DNA from: Malacoraja senta
Lineage: Eukaryota
DNA length: 64,000 nucleotides
Assembly (NCBI GenBank): GCA_038087875.1
Contig: CM075977.1
Coordinates: forward strand, 312,232,001-312,296,000
Direction of reading: 5' to 3'
The notes beneath the pieces are model-generated. The model was not told the origin of the DNA, did no database searches, and saw only the letters and a program-made list of their open reading frames with translations. The position numbers and the translations under genes were made by a program. This document shows, in pieces, positions 11,358-24,459 of the stretch (position 1 is the stretch's first letter; every line of letters begins with the position of its first letter).

Positions 11358-12400
11358 AATAGACAATAGGTGCAGGAGTAGGCCATTCGGCCCTTCGTGC
11401 CAGCACCGCCATTCAATGTGATCATAGCTGATCATCCACAATCAGTACCCCGTTCCTGCCTTCTCCCCATATCTCTTGACTCTGCTATCTTTAAGAGCTC
11501 TGTCTAGCTCTCTCTTGAAAGTATCCAGAGAACCAGCCTCCACCGCCCTCTGAGGCAGAGAATTCCACAGCCTCACAACTCGCTGTGAAAAAGTTTTTCC
11601 TCATCTCCGTTCTAAATGGCTTACCCCTTATTCATAAACTGGCCCCTGGTTCTGGACTCCCCCAACATCGGGAACGTTTCCTGCCTAGCATGTCCAAAAC
11701 CTTAATAATCATATTTCAATAAGATCCCTCTCATCTTTCTAAATTCCAGAGTATACGCCCAGCCGCTCCATTCTATCAACATACGACAGTTCCGCCATCC
11801 CGGGAATTCACCTGGTGAACCCACGCTGCACTCCCTCAATAGCAAGAATGTCCTTCCTCAAATTGGGAGACCAAAACTGCACACAATACTCCAGGTGTGG
11901 TCTCACTATGGCCCTGTACAACTGCAAAGGACCTCTTTGCTCCTATACTCAAATCCTCTTGTTATGAAGGCCAACATGCCATTTGCTTTCTTCACTGCCT
12001 GCTATACCTACATGCTTACTTTAATTGACTGATGAACAAGGACCCCCAGATTCTGAAGAAGGGTTTCGGCCGAAACGTTGCCTATTTCCTTCGCTCCATA
12101 GATGCTGCTGCACCCGCTGAGTTTCTCCAGCCCTTTTGTCTACTCCCAGATCCTGTTGTACTTCCCCTTTTCCCAACTTGACTCCATTTAGATAATAATC
12201 TGCCTTCCTGTTTTTGCCACCAAAGTGGATAATCTCACATGTATCCACATTAAACTGCACCTGCTATGCATCTGCCCACTCCCCCAACCTGTCCAAGTCA
12301 CGCTGCATCCTCAAAGCATCCTCTTCACAGTTCACACTGCCACCCAGCTTGGTGTCATCTGCAAATTTGCTAATGTTACTTTTAATCCCTTCATCTAAAT
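11358..12400 (-). mobile_element. CR1 LINE 3' portion with a nested Penelope-derived insert at 12052-12144
   Basis: KFADDTKL and QFNVDTCEIIHFG motifs plus a CR1 tail at ~11358. The insert is flanked by CCCAGAT repeats (12045-12051, 12145-12151). Confidence 0.85.
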
Positions 12401-13752
12401 CAGGGGTGGGGAGCCTGCGGCATTAAGGCCGCATGCGGCCTTCTAGGCCATTAAGTGCGGCCTTTTGAATGAATCCAAATTTTGTAATTGGCCAAATAAA
12501 AGATGTCACAAAATGGAGAATCTCTGTATTTGCAAAGCCTGCTTGGGCTCTTTCTGTGAAAGTTGCAAGCTGTGAGTCACAGCTTCAAGGAGTCTGGACC
12601 CTAGATGGAAGTTGAGGATAAGGTGAGGTCCAGATGTCCTTCCTTTTGTTAATATGTATGACGGTTTTGCAGAAGAGCTGAGCAGGTTTGCAAATGCATA
12701 ATTAGGATGAATTTGTCCTCAACATAACAGAACAACTTCACGCAATACTCCAAAAGGAAAATATATATTATTCAATCGCTTTGGCTGAATTAACTAATAC
12801 TACTGACTCAGCGCAGGTTTTATACTTCATTCGGGCCATAACAGAAGATTTTCTTTGCTACGAAGAGTTATTCGCTTTGGGCACTCTTACGGGTAGAACA
12901 CGAGGAATAGATTTCTTCAACAACTTTCAAGATAAATGTCGTGAAGTTGGACTGGATTTGGTTGATTTAGTGAGTGTATGTACAGATGGTGCAACCTTCC
13001 ATGACAGGAAAACGTGAAGGGTTTATTGCACAGATAAAAAAGGTATTATCAGATCCAGACGCTCTCATGTCTTTTCATTGTATCTTACATCAGCAAAATC
13101 TCTTTGCTAAATCTACTATTTTAAGTGACACTTTGCAACAAGATTAACTATATTCGTGCAAATGCAACATGGCATCGTCAGTTTCGTAATATGCTAAAGT
13201 TGGACGATGAGGCATTTGTGTGGATTTGCCATATCATTGTAAAGTGCATTGGCTATCGCAGGGACACGTGTTAGCAAAATGTTTATCTTTGCGAGAACAG
13301 ATAGTTAAATTTCATGAAGAAACAGCAATGTGAATTATTGATAGAAGATTTCTATAGTAATACTGCATTTCTGTGATATCATGTCAAAGCAAATGACTTG
13401 AATGATTCTTTGCAAGGTAAAACTAAGTCTATATATATGTGGCAAAAAATTCAAGCATTTCGAAAAAAGCTATATTTTTTCAAAACTCTCTTCTTCAAAA
13501 TGAAATTTCGGATGAACTTTTTCCCCAGTTAGTGAAGGTCATTGATGAGCAGGAGGATTCATGCGAATCATTTGAAGAATACGCAGCTGTTATATACTTA
13601 ATAATTAAAGAATACAATGAAAGGTTCACTGACTTTGAGAATCATGACATCACACTCAAATTAGCATTTCAAACTCATCTAGTTGATGTCTTCAAGGCTC
13701 CTAAAGATGGAATTGATTGAGCTATCAGAAGATGACAATTTAAAGACCTTAT
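12401..13752 (+). mobile_element. hAT DNA transposon remnant (Charlie/SPIN/GTF2IRD2-like transposase pseudogene); right TIR not found
   Basis: Starts with TIR CAGGGGTGGGGAGCCT after ATCTAAAT. Decayed transposase motifs: TTDSAQVLYFIR..EELFAL..RTRGIDFF..SVCTDGA, FHCILHQQNL (CxxH), WLSQG, LQGK, ERFTDF. Confidence 0.85.
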
Positions 13753-14129
13753 TTTAAAGATGGCGGATGTGCAGGAGTGGGCGCCGTTTGTATGGGCACC
13801 TGCCTGCAGTCCGTCCTCTAACTCTTTTAGGGGGGGGGGGGGGGACTGTTTTAACCCCAGTCCTACCTGGTCGGAGATACGGTTTTCCTCCAAATCGCGC
13901 CGAGCTGGATGAGAATGGCTGGCAGTTTTAATGTTCCTGTTTGCTGATGGAATAAAGACTGATCTTTCACTATGTGTGTTCTTGTGGATCAATCATAAAC
14001 ACAGAGGTTATGGGGAGAAGGCAGGAGAATGGGATTAGGAGGGAGAAATAGATCAGCCACGATTGAATGGCGGAGTAGATGATGGGCCGAATGGTCTAAT
14101 TCTACTCCCATTCCTTATGATTTTATGAT

Positions 14130-16570
14130 CTTATAACTTGAGGCAGTCAATGGAAGTGTTTTGAGAGCAGTCAGTGTTACGGTCGAAGAGGTGCTGAAGG
14201 TACTATTGTGTATGAAGGTAGACAAATCTCCAGGGCCTGATCAGATATATCCGAGGACATTGTGGGAATCTAGAGAGTAAATTGCCCGAGCCCTGGTTGA
14301 AATTTATGAGTCGTCTTTAAATACAGGAGAGGTGCCAGAAGACTGAAGGGTGGCAAATGTTGTGCCTCTATTCAAGCAGGGCTGCAGGGAAAATGCTGGG
14401 AACTGTAGGCCAGTGAGTTTAACATCTGTAGTTGGAAAGTTACTAGAGAATTGATACAGGTATTTGGATGGACAAGGGCTGATTAGTGATAATCAGCATG
14501 GTTTTGTACGTGGGCGGTACTGTCTCACAAATATGATAGAATTTTTTGAAGACGTGACCAAAAAGGTTGATGAGGGCAGAGCTGTAGATGTTGTGAACAT
14601 GGATTTCAGTAAGGCATTCCACAAGGTTCCGCATGGTAGGCTGCCCTGGAAGGTTAGATCACATGGGATCCAAGGAGAGATAGCTGAATGGATAGAAAAT
14701 TGGCTTCATGGATGGAAGCAAAGGGTGATGGTGGAAAGTTGCTTCTTGGACTGGAGGCCTGTGACGAATGGTGTGCCTCAGGGTTTGGAGCTGGGCCCGT
14801 TACTGTTTGTCATCCACATCAATGATTTGGATGAGAAAATACATGACAATCACAATCAATCAATCACAATAATACTTTATTAGCCAAATATGTTTGGCAA
14901 CATACGAGGATTTTCATTTGCCAAGTCAGTCATACAAATAAAAAGCAACGGAACATACAAAACACACTTTAACATAAACATCCACCACAGTGACTCCTCC
15001 ACATTCCTCACTGTGATGGAAGGCAAAAAAAAGTTCAAATCTCTTCCCTCCCTCTCTGTTCTGCAGTCGGGGGCCCTCGAGCCCTCCGTTGACGGGACGA
15101 TCTTGACTCCCGGAGCCGGTGGCGTTTTGGCCCTCTGCATCGAGGCGATCAGCTCCTGCATCGGGGGGATACCAGCTCCCCCGCGTCGGCTGGTGGAACC
15201 TTCCGCGACATTGGACCTTCCCGACTAGTCTCTCCCGAGACTGCGAGCCCTTGATGGTAAGTCCGCAGGCCGTGGTTGGAGCGATCCCAGGCAAGGGATC
15301 AGATCCAATTACCATGCCCCGCGGTGGGGCCCAATGTCAGTCCGAGGAGGCCTCCAGCTCCATCGATGGTAGGCCGCAGAGCGACCGGAGAAGGGGATCC
15401 AGCAAATTAATCACATCTCCGGTAAGGTAAGAAACTGAAAAAAAGGTTTCGCCCGATCTCCACCCCGCCACACATAAAACAAACTGGAGAACATTTACAT
15501 GAAGTTTTAACACACACTAAAAATTAAATAAAAAGATGAAAAAACAGACAGACTGTTGGCGGGGGTGGCAATCGTGTGGCGCCCACCTGGTGGTAAGTTT
15601 AGCAAGTTTAGCAAGTTTGCTGATGACACAAAAGGGGGTGGTTTTGCAGATAGTGAAGATGGTTGTGAAAAATAGCATCAGGTTCTTGATCGATTGGCCA
15701 GGTGGGCTGAGGAATTGTTGATGGAATTTAATACAGAGCAATGTGCGTTGTTGCATTTTGGGAAGACTAACATGGGCAGGACCTACACATTGAATGGTAG
15801 AGCTCTGGGGAGTGTTGTAGAGCAGAGAGATCTAGGAGTGCAGGTGCATGGTTCCTAGAATGTCGTGTCGCAGATTGATAAGGTGGCCAAAAATACTTTT
15901 GGAACATTGGCCTTCATCAGTCAGAGTATTGAGTATAGACGTTGGGAAGTCATGTTTCAGTTGTATGAGACGTTGGTGAGACCACTCTAAATACATTTAG
16001 AGTATTGTGTTCCGTTCTGGGCACCATGTTATAGGAAAGATATTGGCAAGCTGGAAAGGGTACAGAGAAGATTTACAAGGATGTTGCCAGGACTAGAGGG
16101 TCTGAGCTATAGGGAGAGGTTGAGTAGGCTGGGACTCTATTCCCTGGAGTGCAGGAGGATGAGGGGTGATCTTATTGAGGTGCATAAAATCATGAAAGGA
16201 ATAGATCCACAGATGCACAGTCTCTTGCCCGGAGGGGTAGATGCACAGAGACTCTTGCCCAGAGAAGGTGAATTGAGGACCAGAGGACATAGGTTTAAGA
16301 TGAAGGGGAAAAGATTTAATAGGAATCTGAAGGGTAACCTTTTCACACAAAGGGTGGTGGGTGTGTGGAAGAAGCTGCCAGAGGAGGTAGTTGAGGCTTG
16401 GACTATCCCAACGTTTAAGAAACAGTTAGACAGGTAAATGGATAAGACAGGTTTGGAGGGATACGGACCAGACGCAGACAAGAGGGACTAATGTAGCTGG
16501 GACATGTTGGCTGGTGTGGGCAAGTTGGGCCGAAGGGCCTGTTTCCACACCGTATCACTCTATGACTCTA
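14130..16570 (+). mobile_element. CR1 LINE ORF2 3' half (decayed), interrupted by the 14845-15598 insert
   Basis: KSPGPD, QHGFV, DFSKAFHKVPH, GVPQG, KFADD, RGDLIEVHK, RTRGHRFK motifs and a CR1 tail ending ~16570. Confidence 0.9.
14845..15598 (-). mobile_element. Non-coding non-LTR (SINE-like or internally deleted Rex1/L2-type) insertion with an (ATTG)n tail
   Basis: Splits the CR1 between DENI and SKFADD. The minus-strand 3' end has AATAAA and (ATTG)n and resembles the tail at ~20130-20180. CpG-rich, with no recognisable protein. Confidence 0.65.
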
Positions 16571-16824
16571 ACATAAACGTGCATTGGGTTGGAATAGTAT
16601 ATTGGCATATAAAGGGCATTGACAACAAACGGAATCATATTAAATTGTTCATTTTTGGATTGGCAAACTGGTGCGGGGCCACAGGCGTTAGTGCTGGTGG
16701 CTCAACTATTTCCAATTCATATTCATAACTTGGATGAAAGGACAATATGCACTGTGGCCAAATATGTTGATACAAAGACCAAACACAGTGCAAATTGTGA
16801 GAAGACCACTGATACCTAATATAT

Positions 16825-16961
16825 GGGGCGGGAGATTGCAACCTTCACGTGGTCCGCCCTGTTTCGACGAATGTAATCAACCTGGTGTGCACAATCAAAT
16901 AAGATCAAATAGCACAAGTTGTCCTACAACTTTAGGCTGTGCATGCCATATGCAAGAAGAA
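16825..16961 (+). mobile_element. 137-bp retroposed insertion with an (AAG)n tail and 14-bp TSD
   Basis: TSD GATACCTAATA(T/C)AT at 16811-16824 and 16962-16975. The empty site is visible in the inverted paralog near 18005-18020. Confidence 0.75.
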
Positions 16962-17141
16962 GATACCTAATACATAGATAGGTTAAGTTCATTGGTAAGG
17001 AGTTGGTGGATGGAGTACAATGTGAGAATATGTGAAGTTATCCATTTTTGGAGGAAGAGTAAGGAAATATAATATTATTAAATAAAGTGAGAGCATAGGA
17101 TATTGCAGTACAAGAGGATCTGGAGGTTAGACGCATGGTCA

Positions 17142-17453
17142 TTAGTTTAGTTTAGTTTAAAGATACAGCACGGAAACAGGCCCTTTCGGCCCACTGGGTC
17201 CGCTCAGACCAGCGATCCCCGTACATTAACACTATCCAATACCCACTAGGGACAACTTTTACATTTACCAAGCCAATTAATCTACATACCTGTACGGCTT
17301 TGGAGTGTGGGAGGAAACTGAACATCTTGGAGAAAACCCACACAGATCACGGGGAGAACCTACAAACTCCATACAGACAGTGTCCATAGTCAGGATCGAA
17401 CCTGGGTCTCTGGAGCTGCATTCGCTGTAAGGCAGCAACTCTACCGTGCCTCC
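17142..17453 (-). mobile_element. HE1-type V-SINE (tRNA-derived head, CR1-like tail)
   Basis: Reverse complement of the 18919-19226 family, with B box GGTTCGATCC and a (TAAAC)n tail. Confidence 0.85.
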
Positions 17454-18918
17454 GTGTATAAAAGAATGAGAAGTGATGTAATGAGATGTAAGAGTTTCTA
17501 TGGGATATGGACAGGGTGGATGCTGAGAAGATGGTTTCCGGATTGAACTCAGGGGACATAAAATAAGTGGCTACCTATTTGCGTTGGAAATGAGGAAGAA
17601 CTTATTTAATGACGATATTCATGAATCTTTGGAAATCTGTATTCCAGTGAGCTGTGAAGGCAGAGTCTTTGAATATCTTCAACAGATTTACAGATATTTT
17701 AACCACAAGAGAATCAAGAGGCAGCGCAGGCTCAAGGGGTTAATTGTCTTTATCTTTTTCCACAAGTCTTATGTTATTTTTTGGGGAATATATTTTCATT
17801 CTCTGAAATATTAATACTGTTTCCCTTCCCACAGATGTGCATAACTTGCTGAATATTTGCAACATGTTCTGCTTTCATTTTCTCAACTTCCCAATCATAT
17901 ATAGAAATAATGTATTTATTTGTTCTTCCTCCCAAAATGGATAACTTCACTTGTTCTCACATTATACTCCATCCACCAACTTTTTACTCATGCACCTAAC
18001 CTATCTACGTATTAAATATCTGTGGTCTTCCCACAATTTGCAATGTGTTTGTTCTTTGTATCAACAAATTTGGCCACAATGCATTTTGTCCCATCATCCA
18101 GGTCATGAATATACATTGCAAATAGTTAAGCCACCAGCACTAATGCCTGTGGCATTATTATTATTATATGTACTGTCTGGAAGTTGGAATAATACATTGA
18201 ATTAAATGACCATGACTGATGTGATAAAATTGTCAATCATTAATGTATTTGACAGAAATGATTCAAGAGTTCACATTTTCTTTCAAGACAATAATTCACA
18301 CCATTCTTATAAATGCCCCAGATGATTCACATGTTCCAGGATAATTTGGCTTCATCTCAGCTGGAATCATGCTTTTACTGTGATAATCTTTTTACTGCGA
18401 TAATCTTTTGCACTTAACAATTAAAAACTAATCTTCTAGATGGGTGCTCAGGAACTCCCTAAATTGTGCATTTCTGTTTCTGGAGTCTCAGCTGGGATTC
18501 TTAATCCAGATACAGTTGGTTGCCCCAGACAAAAAATGCAAAAATATGTGTTACTAGGATACCCAGGTCACGCTCTAGATCTCTGAAAATGAAGCACTCA
18601 CAGTTCTTTTGTGGACAGTTGGATGGGCAAGTTGAAACTTGTATTTCCGAGGTCTTCAGTGAAATGCAAATTCAGAAAGGCCCCAAAATAATAAAATGTC
18701 TGGAGACACAAAAGACTGCAGAAATTTGTCCAACCCTGGAAGCAGGGCATTTTGGAGGACAGGAGAGTTATAATTTTAGATCTAAAGTCAGCAGGTATAC
18801 TGGAAGATGGAGCAAACAAAATAACTGCTGGAGAAACTCAGCAGGGCAGACAGCAGAGGAAGTCCAGCAATCCAGAGGAAATGTCGACTCAAATCGTAGG
18901 GTATCTACATAGGCCATA

Positions 18919-19226
18919 GGATGGCACGGTGGTGCAGCGGTAGAGTTACTGCCTTACAGCGCCAAAGACCCGGGTTCGATCCCGACTACGGGTGCTAACT
19001 GTATGGAGTTTGTATGTTCTCTCCGTGACCACTTGGGTTTTGTCCGATATCTTCGGTTTCCTTCCACACTCCAAAAACGTACAGGTTTGTAGGTTAATTG
19101 ACTTGGTATACGTGTAAATTGTCCCTAGTGTATGTAGGATAATGTTAATGTGCGGGAATTGCTGGTCAGTGGGACTTGGTGGGCCGAATGGCCTGTTTCC
19201 GCGCTGTATCTCTAAACTAAACTAAA
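18919..19226 (+). mobile_element. HE1-type V-SINE, full length, between inverted Penelope-derived arms (~18790-18855 / ~19250-19297)
   Basis: A box TGGTGCAGCGG, B box GGTTCGATCCC, V-domain gagtttgtatgttctc..ggtttccttccacactccaaa, CR1-like tail gggccgaatggcctgtttcc, (TAAAC)n. Confidence 0.9.
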
Positions 19227-20127
19227 TCTATTTCCAACCACACCCCGCCCCCAGATGCTACCTGACCTGTTGAATTCCACCAGCAGTTATTTTTGTACAA
19301 TAAAAGATCTGATTTTGATAATCCCAATATTATCAGAACCATCAACTACAAGCAGATTATTATTTTCTTGTTATTTGCTATTATCTTTTACAATAAAATA
19401 ACTCTAAATATCCACTTTGTGGTTGTCGTAATTCATTAGTGCTTTAAGAAGTTAAATTATAAGGAAGTGTTAAATAAGTTTGTGATCAAATAAACAGGAG
19501 GTTTAAATGGCACCTAACTGAGCTTTTGAAAATCTTCGTCTTTGATGAAGAAGATATGGAAAACTGATTTCCTCTGGTAGAGATTGAACATCAAGGGGCA
19601 TAATCTTAAAATAAAAAAATAAGCATTTAGAAATAAAATCAGGAATAATTTATTCAAATCAAATTGTCATAGAAATCTGGAATTATAACACCCCCATCCC
19701 TGCCCCAGGGACCGAGGATGCTAGGTTAATTAAAATGGACAATTCTAAGATAAATATTTCATTAGAAAAGTGCATAATCATTCTAACTTTTTTCTGAAGA
19801 TATTAACTCCAATGAGGTGGATTTCAATGACAAGCACAATATTCATTGTTCTATCCGAGAACCAGAGCATTTTGGACGATAGGTTATCAATTTAGTGGGT
19901 CTAAAGTCAGCAGGTAGGAATGGCAGACTTTCTTCCCTAAAGGACTTAAGTAAACCAGATAGATTTAATTACAATGTTATGGCTTTGTAGTTACCATTAT
20001 GGCTACCAGCTTTTTGATTGCAGATTTATTGAATTGCATTAACTTAAACTCCCCTGCTGCTAAGGTACAATTTAAATTCCCATTTCCATAGCTTAGCTGT
20101 TCTGCTAAAGTACCATCATAACTCTCT

Positions 20128-20640
20128 TGAATTGAATTGAATAAAATGTTATTAGCCAAGTTCGTATACATACAAGGAATTAGCCTTGGTGCTTTGCTCG
20201 CAAAAGGATAAAATCACCATATTCAGCAGAAAATTAAAAATAAAACATTATAATTTAAACATGTGAAAATAAAGTACCAGAGTAAAAAGAGGCTACAGAC
20301 TTTTGGCTGTTGAGTAGAGCTACTGCTCGTGGATAAAAGCTGTTTTTATGTCTGGCTGTGGCGTCTTTGATAGTCTGGAGTCGCCTCCCAGAGGTAAGTA
20401 CTTCAAAGAGTTTGTGGCCAGGGTGAGAGGGGTCAGAGATGATCTTACCCGCTCGCTGCCTGGCCTTTGCAGTGTACAGTTCATCAATGGGGGAAAAGGA
20501 TGCAACCAACAACCGTCTCGGCTGATCGAACAATGCACTGCAGCCTCCGGATGTCATGCTTGGTGACTGAGCCAAACTAGACCATGATGGAGAAGATGAG
20601 GACAGACCACATGATGGTAGTGTAAAACTGAACCATCATC
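20128..20640 (-). mobile_element. Rex1/Babar-type LINE 3' end
   Basis: RAGKIISDPSHPGHKLFEVLTSGRR..ARHKNSFYPRAVALLN and an (ATTCA)n tail. Confidence 0.85.
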
Positions 20641-22719
20641 TTCAAACATCTTCATGCTTGATTTTATTTTTCTCTATCCATTGCTCAGCCTGGAGTTAAT
20701 GTTATACTACTGCCCCCTTTTAGTCAGTGCGTTGTCAACCATCATTCAGTTTGTAGAGTCTACCGAATCTGTGGGTTTCTGAAATCATTACATGAAATTC
20801 TGCAAAATGACACAAATGAGACTTACATTTGCTGGAAACAAAGTAAAATGCGATTTTATCAAGGTTTTCTAGTTCTTAAAGGGAAAAGGTAGGGAGGATA
20901 GAGAGTAGCTCATTTTGGTTGGTTGGACAATCAAAGACAATGGGCATAGTCTAAGGATTAGAAACTGTCCTTCCCAGTGAAGATATGAGCATTTTCTACT
21001 TCTAAAATGTGCTAAAATGTAATGGATGTTTAGGGCCCTGCTTCCTAATGGCTGATCATCCTTCCCCAGTCCCAGCAGCTATGCTTGCAAAGTCTTTGGG
21101 CCATGCTGAATATATATTGGGAAAGGTAACATTTTTAAAGCTATAATAAAAGAGCATGGTGTAGGTTTTCACAGACAGTTTTTCAGGTATATATATGATG
21201 GCTTAATGGACTCTATTTGTGTACCGAGCTTGAATAAGTCCTTATAAACCATAACATTGTTGGTAGATTTTAATGCACATTTATACTTCCAAAGAAGACT
21301 GGAATAATGCCATTGTGTTAGATGAAAATGTTTTTTAATTGGGTCCTTTCCAGTCTCACTTCATCAAACATTTCGAAAAGTGATTGAGGCTGGTGAATTT
21401 GCAAATCAATGAAGCAATGAGAAGAATTTTCTTCTTTTTTTAAAAACATTTTGATGAACCTACTTCATATGATTTTTTTCATCTTTGCGACAAGTAATAA
21501 ATATTTGAATTTACTTCATTTACTCATGCCTTAGAATTTCTTCTTCTCGTTTAAGATATTCCTCCTGGTCCAAGTCGATTCACTTTAGAATTTGACCTGA
21601 TGCTGTTTTCATGGCTCAGAGTTTCGTTTGACATCATAAACAAAGTGAAAAGTCACAGAGGTCTAATAGTGTAAAACGACACTATCGTCATTGTACAAAG
21701 CAGCAGTATAGTGAAAAAAAACATTATTACAGAATCCATTTATTTTTACTGTTCCCCGTGGGGAAGATTGACTCCTGTTATGTTGATGGAATGAGCAAAG
21801 CTCATGATTTAAATGCCTGGAGTACTTACTTAAAGATGACTGAAATGGGGCCAAAGTGCAGTGCAGTGAAACGTGAATCTAGAATAGTTTTTTATAGTCT
21901 CCTAATTACTGGTTATGGTTACAGGCATCATGCCCTGTCATATCAACAGTACAGCAATTGTTACATTAAAGGCCTACAACAATCTGTTAAGATATGCCAG
22001 AGGTTCGAAGGATTGCGGTGTGTAATGCTTATATTTACCTCTGTTCTACTTAACTGAAAGAAGTCAAACTATATTGACATACTGAAAGCAGATGTATGCT
22101 ACTTACAGAACATGCATTATTCCCAGATGCACAGTATTGAATGCAAAAGTTATACCCAGGGAATACTTGGCAATATGTAGGATTTGCGCTAATTAAGATA
22201 GTGCCTCTTTTGGCATGAGTATGAATATCAGTGATGTTGAGGTACCCAAACATAAAACCCATTTGGGCAAATTGACTGTAATAGCATGCAAAAATATGAG
22301 AAATAGGAACAGGAGGAGGCCACATGGCATAACAGTAGAAAATACCATGGGGACTAAGCTGGTTAGACAGCATGAGTGGAGAAAAAACACAGAGTTAATG
22401 TTCAGCTCAATAGCCCTTAGTCAGAAATGGAAGAGTGAGTTTCATTTACATTTCTGTGAAAGGTAAGTTTTTCTCTCTTTACAGATGCCACCTGACCTGC
22501 TGAATATCTTCAGATTTTCAGTATCTGCAGATTTTTGTTTTCCGCTCTGGTCCTTTTAGGTTTTTGTAGTTTGCTCCACCATTTAAACGGAATTATGCAT
22601 GATCTGATCTTGGCCCCCATTCATTTAGAAAGAAGAAAATCCTACTTACATTGATCTTTATTGGCCTACTCCCATTCATGAGTTCCTGTCCCTAATTCCA
22701 GACTCCCTTGCAGATTAGC

Positions 22720-23640
22720 AGCTTCTTGATTAGTACAGGTGTTAGAGGTTGTGGGGAGAAGGCAGGAGAATGGGGTTAAAAGGGAGAGATAGATCAGCCA
22801 TGATTGAATGGCGGAGTAGACTTGATGAGCCGAATGGCCTAATTCTACTCCTATCACTTATGACCTTATACAGAGAAACATCCTCACAGTATGTAACCGG
22901 TTAAACCATTCAGCATCCTCATAGTTTCATCACATGCATTTCTAAACTCCAAAAATTATAGGACAAATTCACTAAATCTTTCTTCGTGGTGCAAACACCT
23001 TATTCCAGGAATCGCTCTGGTAATCTTTTGCTGCACTTTCTCCAAAGCAGATGTAAACTTCCTGTAATGGAGACCAGATCTCCATGCTGTACTGTAAATA
23101 TAATCTCTACCAACATTAGTAAATTTGGAGAAAGCCTCCTTATTTTTGCATTCCATCTATCAATCTCTCCATCTATCTATCACTCAATCCTCGCAAGATT
23201 CCAATTACTTTCCATATTACTTGCTCTACTGACATGTACTTTCTATATTTCTTGTTAGAGAGGACACACGCATCTCTCCGAGCATCAACATTTTGGAGTC
23301 TCACACCATTCTGCTATTCCCTTCTTCCTTCGTAGGTGGATAATGTCAAAATGAATGTGGTAAAGTATAATATGATGCATGTTAATTAACTGCCAGAGAG
23401 AGGTTTAAGTGGGATCCAGGCATTCACACATATGACACAAAAGCAAGTAAGTTTACATTGAATCTGTATAATGTAGCATCCATTTCTGATCACTACATTT
23501 TAGGAAGGTTTTGGAGGTTCTAAAAGTGCAGAATGTTTCTACTAGAATGGCTCCAGAAATGAAGAAAGCCATCATATCTGTGTTAGCTATGGTGGAGCAA
23601 ACTTTGTGAGAGAGTTAACAGAGGTATACAAAATCATGAC
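22720..23640. mobile_element. Cluster of old CR1 fragments in both orientations
   Basis: CR1 tail at 22720-22870 (+), degenerate LEKVQQKITRAIPG (-), and a further decayed + piece. Confidence 0.6.
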
Positions 23641-24459
23641 TGTGGTAAGACATCTTTATTCTTAGACTTAAATCCAAGTGCCTTGCTATCACATCATATA
23701 TTAACAATCCAGCATGTTTTCAATTATTGATGTCAAGCTAATAGGTTAGTAGTTCTATGAGTTCTTACTTCCTCCTTGTGAGGTCACATTTATTACTCTC
23801 CAATCTGCAGGAACCATTCCAGAGTCTATAGAGTGCTTCTGTGTCATAACATTATACATTTCAATGGTTTCTTCACATGGATAAACCATCTGCCCTGTTT
23901 TTGCTCGGTCAGCACCTAATGCAAAATCTTTTCTAGTCCCTTTATCGCATCTTAGTTTCCCACTTACCTTTCAAAGCAATTGTTACTTTGTTAAGGGTTT
24001 GAGCAAACAGTCTCATTTGACTGAATATTTCTTTCCCCCAGACTACCGTGATGCTGCATTCCTGTAAGAAGTTTTAAAATGATTTGGAAAGTCAATTGAA
24101 GAAAAAAAAGAATATAATTCAAACAGGGAAAAAGACTTTCATTCACAAATACTGCTAGCAAGAAGGATAAACTAGCATGAACTGATTGGTGTTAGAATTT
24201 TCATGGAACTGACTGATGTCCTCAACGACACAAATGAAAGATAGATGATAAATGCTGATGTGGTTGATGATTGGGGCAATATGCTGGAGTCACCTATATC
24301 ACAAAGACAAATAAAGAATGATGAATGAGCAGTGACATCATCAATCACGGGCAGCGTTTTAGGAAAAAGTGTATTCATGTGAAGAAGCAGTGATTGAATA
24401 GAGCCCTGTATAATCATTTAGCTTGTGAGTTTTTTCTAAGACGCTTATTCTCTATTCAC

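Noticed and set aside
18919-18990. tRNA gene
   Set aside because: The A/B boxes belong to a SINE head followed by a V-domain and LINE tail; there is no proper cloverleaf.
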